In this document: in pieces, positions 1-6,342 of the stretch
How positions within the stretch are numbered: the first letter of the stretch is position 1
Layout: each line of letters opens with the position of its first letter
Virus record (IMG/VR): IMGVR_UViG_3300013022_000002
Span: 1 to 43,474 of that record
Source: a virus
Length of the DNA: 43,474 bases
Strand: one strand, 5' to 3'
The notes under the pieces: model-generated
Database searches by the model: none
Told to the model about the DNA's origin: nothing
Seen by the model: only the letters and a program-made list of their open reading frames with translations
Position numbers and translations under genes: made by a program

Positions 1-23
1 AAAAAACCGCCCAAAGAGGCGGC
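1..23 (-). terminator. Intrinsic terminator downstream of the tRNA fragment (duplicated with the att core)
   Basis: The minus strand reads GCCGCCTCTTTGGGCGG followed by TTTTTT (5-bp GC stem at 7-11/18-22, A-run at 1-6 on the plus strand). Confidence 0.7.
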
Positions 24-115
24 TTAAACGACATTGCTACTGCTTGATTTTATTGGTGTTTCAATATGGTGCCCGGGGCGGGACTTGAACCCGCACGACC
101 TTACGATCGAGGGAT
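1..115. repeat. Left copy of the 115-bp perfect direct repeat (prophage att core; junction lacking the tRNA 5' half)
   Basis: Bases 1-115 are identical base for base to 43360-43474. The repeat contains the tRNA-Leu 3' part plus its downstream terminator. Both copies touch a window edge, so the true length may be larger. Confidence 0.9.
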
Positions 116-123
116 TTTAAATC
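67..123 (-). pseudogene. 3' fragment of tRNA-Leu(UAA) (anticodon loop to CCA end; no 5' half)
   Basis: The reverse complement reads GATTTAAAATCCCTCGATCGTAAGGTCGTGCGGGTTCAAGTCCCGCCCCGGGCACCA: anticodon loop TTTAAAA, long variable arm, T-arm and CCA. Upstream sequence (aaacaaac) cannot supply the AGGGA strand needed to pair with TCCCT, so the copy is truncated at about 123. Confidence 0.8.
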
Positions 124-254
124 GTTTGTTTATTACAATATTTTCAATAAGTTACATCAAAAATTCATAATTTTAATATTAATTACTGCCCTTTAAATTC
201 AGTCACTTACAATCTTCATAGCAAGATTGTTATGAACATTAATATATGACGTTT

Positions 255-1202
255 TTAGGGGAAAGGGTCAGAATCTCCGAATATTTTTTTTATTTCTCCG
301 TATGTTAAAATATTAGAGTAATGCTGCATATACTCTTCTTCATCTACTCTATAGCGTTTTAATTTAAAACCATCACCAACATTAGAAACTTTCCAAAATT
401 TGATCTCTCTTCTAAATCCTAAAAAAGCATTAATAATTAAGGCAATAGTTGATTCTTTGCAATTCATACCAAATATTACTGATTTCATAGATGGCTCGAT
501 GCCTCCGACACCTATTTTACCAAACAATCTCCATTCGGATTCATACCTCCAATCTCTAGATTTAGTAAGCATACAAACGTCTTCAATTTCATTGGGCATT
601 TTCCCAGTGTCTAACCACTGCTCAATCAAACTTACTTTAAGGTTTCGTGATCCTCCGTAAATAATTTTTTTTGCTATCCCATCATCAACATCACTCATAT
701 CATATTCGATGCATATTCCTTTATGATTATTAGCATAATGGGACCACATCAATGGACTGTCATATTTACTACTAAGGCACCATACTCCCTTCCTGAAAAC
801 ACTTACAATTTCTTCCTGAATCGTTTGCTGAAAACGATATTTTTTATAGTTATCAGGTTCTAAGTTTTCATTTTCATTGGAATAATAATTTACATCTTTT
901 AAAAATGACAACACATCTGATTCTGATAATAAAGAAACTTTCCTTTCCGATTCAGAGTCATTAAATTTAAATCTTTTAGTCATTGACGATAGTTCTTTCT
1001 CACTTTTCATCCTTATTAGTTTGCATGCCACTTTTTCAAGAACATCTAAAGAAACATCAACAACCACAACTGGCTTACAATCTAAGGGATCATTAAATTG
1101 GCTGGGATCAGAATAATAAGCAGTATGTGAAATCAAGCATTCCATTGTATTTTCATTAAATGAAAGGTACTTATACAAATTCGATGGGGTTTTATATGAC
1201 AT
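255..1202 (-). CDS. DUF2971-family protein (315 aa), function unknown
   Basis: Motifs LYKYLS...FNDPLD, LMWSHYANNHKGICIEYD and KSRDWRYESEWRL are typical of DUF2971. ATG start with a GAGGA SD 7 nt upstream; TATAAT -10 at 1241-1236 (minus). Strongly AT-rich. Confidence 0.75.
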   Translation of the reverse strand: MSYKTPSNLYKYLSFNENTMECLISHTAYYSDPSQFNDPLDCKPVVVVDVSLDVLEKVACKLIRMKSEKELSSMTKRFKFNDSESERKVSLLSESDVLSFLKDVNYYSNENENLEPDNYKKYRFQQTIQEEIVSVFRKGVWCLSSKYDSPLMWSHYANNHKGICIEYDMSDVDDGIAKKIIYGGSRNLKVSLIEQWLDTGKMPNEIEDVCMLTKSRDWRYESEWRLFGKIGVGGIEPSMKSVIFGMNCKESTIALIINAFLGFRREIKFWKVSNVGDGFKLKRYRVDEEEYMQHYSNILTYGEIKKIFGDSDPFP

Positions 1203-1304
1203 TAAACATCCTCACGAAACAAAAAATATTACATGATTATACTAAAGCAGAACAGTATAAGGGAACGGAGGTTTAAATCCTTTAATGCCGATAGGATCGA
1301 TCTT

Positions 1305-1330
1305 AAAAGCAGCCTGTTATTGCTGCTTTT
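1305..1330 (-). terminator. Hairpin terminator between the 4-TM gene and the DUF2971 gene
   Basis: AAAAGCAGC-ctgttatt-GCTGCTTTT: a 9-bp stem with A/T-run arms, so potentially bidirectional. It lies 55 nt downstream of the stop at 1385. Confidence 0.5.
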
Positions 1331-1384
1331 GTATTTTCTGCACCTTTCACCAGCAAAATTATGATAAAATTTCATATATTATTA

Positions 1385-2059
1385 TTAATTTTCTGGTGGG
1401 ACTGAATCCTTGCTAGCTCCGTTCGTGTCAACAGTTTCTGAAGTTACGTTTGTTACTGGCGTTACATCAGAGGCTGATGGAGCGGTAGTTGTATTCGTTA
1501 TCTTTTTTTTCGGCTTAGGATATATAAAATAGCTTGCAATAATTATTAAGCCAACAGCTATGCCTCCCCCACCAACACCATATATTACAGACCATTTTGC
1601 ATCCTGAAGGATTAAAATCAATATTGCTAATACAGCAAATATTATAGAAGCCACCGATAGCAGCATTGATATTCCACTATTTTTTTCAGACTTCATTATT
1701 TTCGATTCGAAATCAATTATTGATTGTTTTTTTTCATTATCAGTAAGGTGTACACCTTTGGCTTTGTATGTTTCAGTCAAATTTAAAAGAGCCTCTTTAT
1801 CCAAACCTAAATAGCCAGTAATAACACTTGCTATAGACAATACAATTGCAGCAACAAAAACCCCATTGCTAATTGAAACCCAATGTTCGAAGTCGTTAAA
1901 ATTCTGTTTAATCATTAGGGCGGTAAAAATATCCTTCTTTAAGAAAAAGAAATACACGGCCACAAGGATCGAAAGTACAGAAGCAGACAACTTACATTGT
2001 GCTGCGGCATCTCTTGAACGAATAGAATATGTGAAAGAAAAAGAGTCCAGATTATTCAT
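1385..2059 (-). CDS. Four-TM membrane protein (224 aa from the ATG at 2059), function unknown
   Basis: Four hydrophobic helices: LSASVLSILVAVYFFFL, GVFVAAIVLSIASVITGYLGL, GISMLLSVASIIFAVLAILILIL and VIYGVGGGGIAVGLIIIASYFIY. Thr/Ser/Pro-rich tail. GGAGG SD 4 nt before the ATG at 2059; the track start at 2074 has no SD. Confidence 0.7.
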   Translation of the reverse strand: MNNLDSFSFTYSIRSRDAAAQCKLSASVLSILVAVYFFFLKKDIFTALMIKQNFNDFEHWVSISNGVFVAAIVLSIASVITGYLGLDKEALLNLTETYKAKGVHLTDNEKKQSIIDFESKIMKSEKNSGISMLLSVASIIFAVLAILILILQDAKWSVIYGVGGGGIAVGLIIIASYFIYPKPKKKITNTTTAPSASDVTPVTNVTSETVDTNGASKDSVPPEN

Positions 2060-2145
2060 AAATCCTCCATGCATTAAAAAGTCTAATCAGTGTATTTCTT
2101 TTCAATTTTTTCCCCAAATGATATTTACTCATTTTAACTAATTTT

Positions 2146-3408
2146 TTACTTGACAACGGGAAGGTCAATAATGCTTGTCGTGTAAGATGGCGACAACATT
2201 TCACGCTTCATGGCCCAAGACTTCTCAATTCCCTGCCCCGCAAAAAATAAATTAGCCTTGCCGCTCTGGTTGAGCCCATCAACAACACGCATTAAAGCTT
2301 CGCTATTGGGCTGCGGGCGGTATTCATCAAAAAGGTTGAGCTGAGATACTCCCTGGCTGAAAAAGTCGCCCAGCATCACTCCTGCTTTCATATAGCGATG
2401 ACCGTCGAGCCATATCTGATCCAGAGCGTCCATAGCCACCAGGATAATGTCGCGGGTATCGTTAGAAGGTGTCAGTAACTTTCCAGCGGCCTGATTGCCA
2501 TAAAATACTTCTCCCTCTGCGTGCGGGCTGGTACGCACAAATACAGCAATCTGTTTGCAGTACTGCCTTTCTTTTCTGAGCTTTTCCGCTGCGCGTTCTG
2601 CAAAAGCACATATGGCCTGGCGCATATCTATGTATTCGGTGATACGTGATCCAAACGAACGTGAGCAAACTATCTGCTGTTTGGTTGGTGCGAACTCTTC
2701 AAGTTCTAAACAGGGCTCGCCACGCAGCTCCCTGACCGTGCGCTCAAGCACAACGTTAAAATGTTTACGGATGATATATGTGCTTTGGTCGGCCAGGTCT
2801 TTAGCCGTGGTGATACCCATGGCATTTAGCTTTTTACTGATGCGTCGCCCAACGCCCCAAACATCCTCAACAGGCACCAGTGCCATAAGCTTTCTCTGTC
2901 GGTCAATATTGGATAAGTCGAGTACTCCACCCGTCCTGGTCCACTTTTTGGCTGCGTGATTTGCCAGCTTCGCAAGCGTTTTGGTTTGCGCTATGCCAAC
3001 ACCGACAGTCAGGTGGGTTTCCTGTTTAACTCTGGCGCGCACCTTCCGCCCTAAATCTTCAAGTGATGTCAGGCGCTGCATGCCATCCAGGCACATGAAT
3101 GCCTCATCAATTGAATAAATCTCTACAGCCGGGCACATGTCCTCCAGTGTCGTCATGACGCGATTACTCATATCTGCGTAGAGCGCATAATTGGAACTGA
3201 AAACCTGCACACGATGACGTTTGAACTCATTCTTCAGCTTGAAATAAGGTGCCCCCATAGGTATCTGCAACGCTTTTGCTTCCGCTGAACGGGCAATCAC
3301 ACAACCATCGTTGTTGCTCAGAACCACTACCGGCTTACCACGAAGGTCAGGCCTGAAAACCGTTTCGCAACTGGCATAAAACGAATTAACATCAACCAAG
3401 GCGAACAT
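2146..3408 (-). CDS. umuC: UmuC-type Y-family translesion DNA polymerase (Pol V catalytic subunit homologue), 420 aa
   Basis: The N-terminus [45 protein letters not shown] and the internal [25 protein letters not shown] and [17 protein letters not shown] are near-collinear with E. coli UmuC along the full length. Confidence 0.92.
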   Translation of the reverse strand: MFALVDVNSFYASCETVFRPDLRGKPVVVLSNNDGCVIARSAEAKALQIPMGAPYFKLKNEFKRHRVQVFSSNYALYADMSNRVMTTLEDMCPAVEIYSIDEAFMCLDGMQRLTSLEDLGRKVRARVKQETHLTVGVGIAQTKTLAKLANHAAKKWTRTGGVLDLSNIDRQRKLMALVPVEDVWGVGRRISKKLNAMGITTAKDLADQSTYIIRKHFNVVLERTVRELRGEPCLELEEFAPTKQQIVCSRSFGSRITEYIDMRQAICAFAERAAEKLRKERQYCKQIAVFVRTSPHAEGEVFYGNQAAGKLLTPSNDTRDIILVAMDALDQIWLDGHRYMKAGVMLGDFFSQGVSQLNLFDEYRPQPNSEALMRVVDGLNQSGKANLFFAGQGIEKSWAMKREMLSPSYTTSIIDLPVVK

Positions 3409-3647
3409 CAGAAGCCACCATTTGGATTGAAAACCTGAAACACGCGGTCCTCACCTTCAGACGTTGAGATGTCACGAAAAGTGGTTGTGTGGGTTTCGAT
3501 CCACTTGTTGGCGGCGCGAAGCGTATAGTGCCAGTTAAGGCGGTCAAGCTCGCGTACAAAGTCGAGTGTGCTGAGTGTGTAACGCCCCTGGCTGTCGCGC
3601 TTAATAGCCTGGCGAAAGGCAATCATGATTTCATAGTCACGGGGCAT
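3408..3647 (-). CDS. 79-aa protein of unknown function occupying the umuD position
   Basis: ATG with a GGAGG SD. Its TGA overlaps the umuC ATG (TGATG at 3410-3406). No S24 peptidase Ser/Lys dyad, no Ala-Gly cleavage site, no resemblance to UmuD or DinI by eye. Confidence 0.6.
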   Translation of the reverse strand: MPRDYEIMIAFRQAIKRDSQGRYTLSTLDFVRELDRLNWHYTLRAANKWIETHTTTFRDISTSEGEDRVFQVFNPNGGF

Positions 3648-3665
3648 TTATCTACCCTCCGTTTT

Positions 3666-3685
3666 TACTGTATATAATTACAGTA
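3666..3685 (-). promoter_or_regulatory. LexA (SOS) box upstream of the 79-aa/umuC operon
   Basis: TACTGTATATAATTACAGTA is a perfect CTGT-N8-ACAG palindrome with an AT-rich spacer. It lies 19 nt upstream of the ATG at 3647. Confidence 0.85.
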
Positions 3686-3839
3686 ATATCAACATATGAA
3701 TTTGATCAAGCCGCTGCGGTTGAGATATTTGTAAAGTCACTGGCGGGAAAGGGATTTTATTTTGAAAGGTCTTTGGCGGGTGACTAAGCCTTAATCACCC
3801 ACCCCGTAAACCTGCAAAGACGGGAGCGGCTAAGTCATT

Positions 3840-3861
3840 GCCCGGTCACCGGGCTTTTTTT
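3840..3861 (+). terminator. Plus-strand intrinsic terminator abutting the tail-fibre stop codon
   Basis: GCCCGG-tca-CCGGGC followed by TTTTTTT on the plus strand. On the minus strand the hairpin is followed by AATGAC, so it is not a terminator in that orientation. Confidence 0.6.
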
Positions 3862-4982
3862 CAGGCATCCAGTCCGTCAATCGCCTTCATCCTTTTCTGA
3901 AGTTCAGAGATTACACTATCCTGCATGCTTACTTTTGCACTGAGTTCTTTGACGGCCTCTATCAGCAATGCAACCGGTCCCGCATAGTCAACAGTGAGAT
4001 AAGATTCCTCAGTTGATTTTCCAGTGGGTAACCAGTTCTCATCGAGAATCGGAGTAAATTTTGTGTTTTTCGTGACTACATCGGGAAGTACTTCGATAAG
4101 TTCCTGAGCGATGACACCAGCAGACGTGGTCTGACTGTCGTTGAGTACAAATGTATAGCCATTAATTTGCTGAACCTTTTCTAAAGCACCATCAATCTTT
4201 TTGATTTTTGACTTCTTGTTCCTGTCTGACGTCTGATTCAGCGCTACACAGGTAACGTTGCCCGGCACAGAAAAATCGCCATTTAATGCAAAGGTTGAGT
4301 ATTTGGGAGTTCCGTTAACGTTTGTGGCGATTGTAATTGAGCCGGAATTTTCCTGATAAACACGCGCAAAGGGAACATTATTACCCTGCCCGGCCATGAA
4401 AGTGAGAAAAGCAGGCCATCCGCCAGACGGGTTTGTCGAACGTATATTGAGATTATTTCCCTCTATGCTCACGCCACCAGTAATTACGCCCCCCGTCTTT
4501 CCGTCTACAGTACTAAATCTGGAGTCTGTCTGAGATGCTACAGATTTGCCAACATCACCACTTTTAAGCGTGCTCGAATACTGTTTTGCCATGTATCCCC
4601 AGCTCGGGCCGGTGAACATCGTTCTGTCCGGGCGAATCACATCAACTGACTGTGCATCACTGTAAATCTTCTGCCAGTTCTGAAAGTCCAGAATGCGTCC
4701 ACGCGCCACGCTGGCAAAGTCATTGAGGATTTTTTGGGTGATTGCCACCTTCAAAGATGCAGGTACTGCATTCCAGGCTAATCCGCTGGTTGTCGGGCCG
4801 TCGAACGCTACTGCAAGGGTCAGTTGTGTGTCTGATGTGATGTTAGCGGCCACCAGCGTGTAAGGCGCGCCACCTACAGTCACGTAAACGAAATCGCCCG
4901 TCTTCAGCTCTGTAGTAAAGCTGGTACCGCTTCCGTTTACTGTGGTTGAGTTATTGGTTAATGCGATAGTACCTGCTGACAT
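3861..4982 (-). CDS. Tail fibre protein with a C-terminal S74-type intramolecular chaperone domain (373 aa from the ATG at 4982)
   Basis: The C-terminal TSDRNKKSKIKKIDGALEKVQQINGYTF...AGVIAQELIEVLPDVV matches the auto-cleaving chaperone domain of phage fibres and endosialidases. GGAG SD before 4982. The track start at 5015 lies inside the upstream terminator. Confidence 0.8.
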   Translation of the reverse strand: MSAGTIALTNNSTTVNGSGTSFTTELKTGDFVYVTVGGAPYTLVAANITSDTQLTLAVAFDGPTTSGLAWNAVPASLKVAITQKILNDFASVARGRILDFQNWQKIYSDAQSVDVIRPDRTMFTGPSWGYMAKQYSSTLKSGDVGKSVASQTDSRFSTVDGKTGGVITGGVSIEGNNLNIRSTNPSGGWPAFLTFMAGQGNNVPFARVYQENSGSITIATNVNGTPKYSTFALNGDFSVPGNVTCVALNQTSDRNKKSKIKKIDGALEKVQQINGYTFVLNDSQTTSAGVIAQELIEVLPDVVTKNTKFTPILDENWLPTGKSTEESYLTVDYAGPVALLIEAVKELSAKVSMQDSVISELQKRMKAIDGLDA

Positions 4983-5003
4983 AGCGATCTCCGGGCAATA
5001 AAA

Positions 5004-5025
5004 AACCCGGCTCAATGGCCGGGTT
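5004..5025 (-). terminator. Intrinsic terminator after the lipoprotein moron
   Basis: The minus strand reads AACCCGGC-cattga-GCCGGGTT followed by TTTTTTATT. It lies 20 nt downstream of the stop at 5046 and just upstream of the fibre gene SD. Confidence 0.75.
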
Positions 5026-5045
5026 ATCTGTGATTGGTTTGTTGA

Positions 5046-5270
5046 TTATTTTTCGCAAGTAGACTGCGTGAAGTTATTTTTTGATACCCACTTCCACCCG
5101 AAGGGGTTACCAGCGTAATACTGTGTCTGGTTGGCCTGCTTTCTGACACCGTATATCTGAACAGTGGTATCCTGACCACCAATGCTGGCTGTTGCAGTGC
5201 ACTGAACAGGTGGTAAAGTCTGACATCCAGAGATCAAAAATAACGGAAATAAAACAGCAATCGCTTTCAT
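5046..5270 (-). CDS. Small lipoprotein (74 aa); possibly Cor/Llp-like superinfection exclusion
   Basis: Signal peptide plus lipobox MKAIAVLFPLFLISGC. Mature part of about 58 aa with 2 further Cys. Sits among the tail-fibre genes, like cor in phi80/N15-type phages. AT-rich upstream region and its own terminator. Confidence 0.55.
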   Translation of the reverse strand: MKAIAVLFPLFLISGCQTLPPVQCTATASIGGQDTTVQIYGVRKQANQTQYYAGNPFGWKWVSKNNFTQSTCEK

Positions 5271-5355
5271 TTTTTCTTCCTTAAACTGGTTTCCATTTTT
5301 TTATTTCATTATGTATATTATTTCAAACTGAACATTCGATCATAAAGATCGAGTT

Positions 5356-6027
5356 CTAATATCTTGACATATCGACAGCAAAAATTCTGTTTCGGAAGTT
5401 TGAATATGTGACGTTTCCTGTACTGTCACCCGGCAACCCTTTATCTAATACTGAGGCAATCGCTGAATTTTTTCCATCATAAAGTGATCTGGCATAGAAA
5501 ATTGACTGAAACGGATAGGGTTGCCCTCCCTGATTGATAACACCATTAATGAGGCCTGTCATTACCGGGCTTATGGCCCATCTCCCCGATAAATTTACTG
5601 AAATATTGTAGCCAGCGTTCGAATCCCCTTCCGTTCCGAGGTTCTGAACATTACTGAGCACCTTAGACTGATTATGAATAATGCACCGGCGCGGAGAGGC
5701 GTTATCAAAAATAGCTATACCGAACTTAGGCGGATTTTGATACTGATATCCGAATGTGTAAAGCGTAATTACGCATGCAGTGTTATTGCCCCCGTATGTA
5801 AGCACCCCGCGATTTTGAGCGTCTCTGGAATAGAACGCATAACCATCACCTCCAGATGCATCGTAGTAAAACAACCTTAAAACATTATCATTCTCATGCA
5901 CAACCGACGATGCTAACCCACCAGAAGGCACTGAAAAAGTTTGTTTTCCCATCAAGGTTAATGGCATGGTCCCTTTTATGTAAAAGGGATTACCTGAATT
6001 ATCAGAAAGAGCAACCCCAAAATCCAT
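5356..6027 (-). CDS. Hypothetical tail-tip/fibre-associated protein (223 aa)
   Basis: Sits immediately downstream of the J-like gene cluster. The N-terminal ~45 aa resemble those of the preceding 103-aa ORF (DFGV..D..G / KQTFSVPSGG versus GFGT.D / GSFSFQVPAG). Confidence 0.5.
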   Translation of the reverse strand: MDFGVALSDNSGNPFYIKGTMPLTLMGKQTFSVPSGGLASSVVHENDNVLRLFYYDASGGDGYAFYSRDAQNRGVLTYGGNNTACVITLYTFGYQYQNPPKFGIAIFDNASPRRCIIHNQSKVLSNVQNLGTEGDSNAGYNISVNLSGRWAISPVMTGLINGVINQGGQPYPFQSIFYARSLYDGKNSAIASVLDKGLPGDSTGNVTYSNFRNRIFAVDMSRY

Positions 6028-6030
6028 ATT

Positions 6031-6342
6031 CTATTTCCTGACGAAAAAAAGAAATGTTCCTGCATAGGCCTGAAGCGTTCCTGTTGAGTAATCAGAATCG
6101 CCTGCGGCACTGATGCTGAAATTATTACCTGAGATACTTACCCTTCGCCTTGCTGAAGGTGATGCCCCCATATTGGCCTGAAAGGTATAGTCAAGGCGAT
6201 AACCAGCCGGAACCTGAAAGGAAAATGATCCGCTCTGCTGACCATTTGCCACTTCAAGGGTTCCGGCAACCAGAATTCTTACTATCCCGGTATTGGTATC
6301 TCGCTTCTGAGCATCCCAGGTACCAAACCCCCAGTTAGCCAT
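6031..6342 (-). CDS. Hypothetical protein (103 aa) coupled to the end of J
   Basis: Its ATG overlaps the J stop (shared base 6342). The next gene follows after 3 nt. No recognisable motif. Confidence 0.5.
   Translation of the reverse strand: MANWGFGTWDAQKRDTNTGIVRILVAGTLEVANGQQSGSFSFQVPAGYRLDYTFQANMGASPSARRRVSISGNNFSISAAGDSDYSTGTLQAYAGTFLFFVRK

Noticed and set aside
67-123. Left tRNA-like sequence as a functional tRNA gene
   Set aside because: Only the anticodon loop to the CCA end is present. The upstream sequence cannot form the anticodon stem, D-arm or acceptor stem, so this is the duplicated att fragment.
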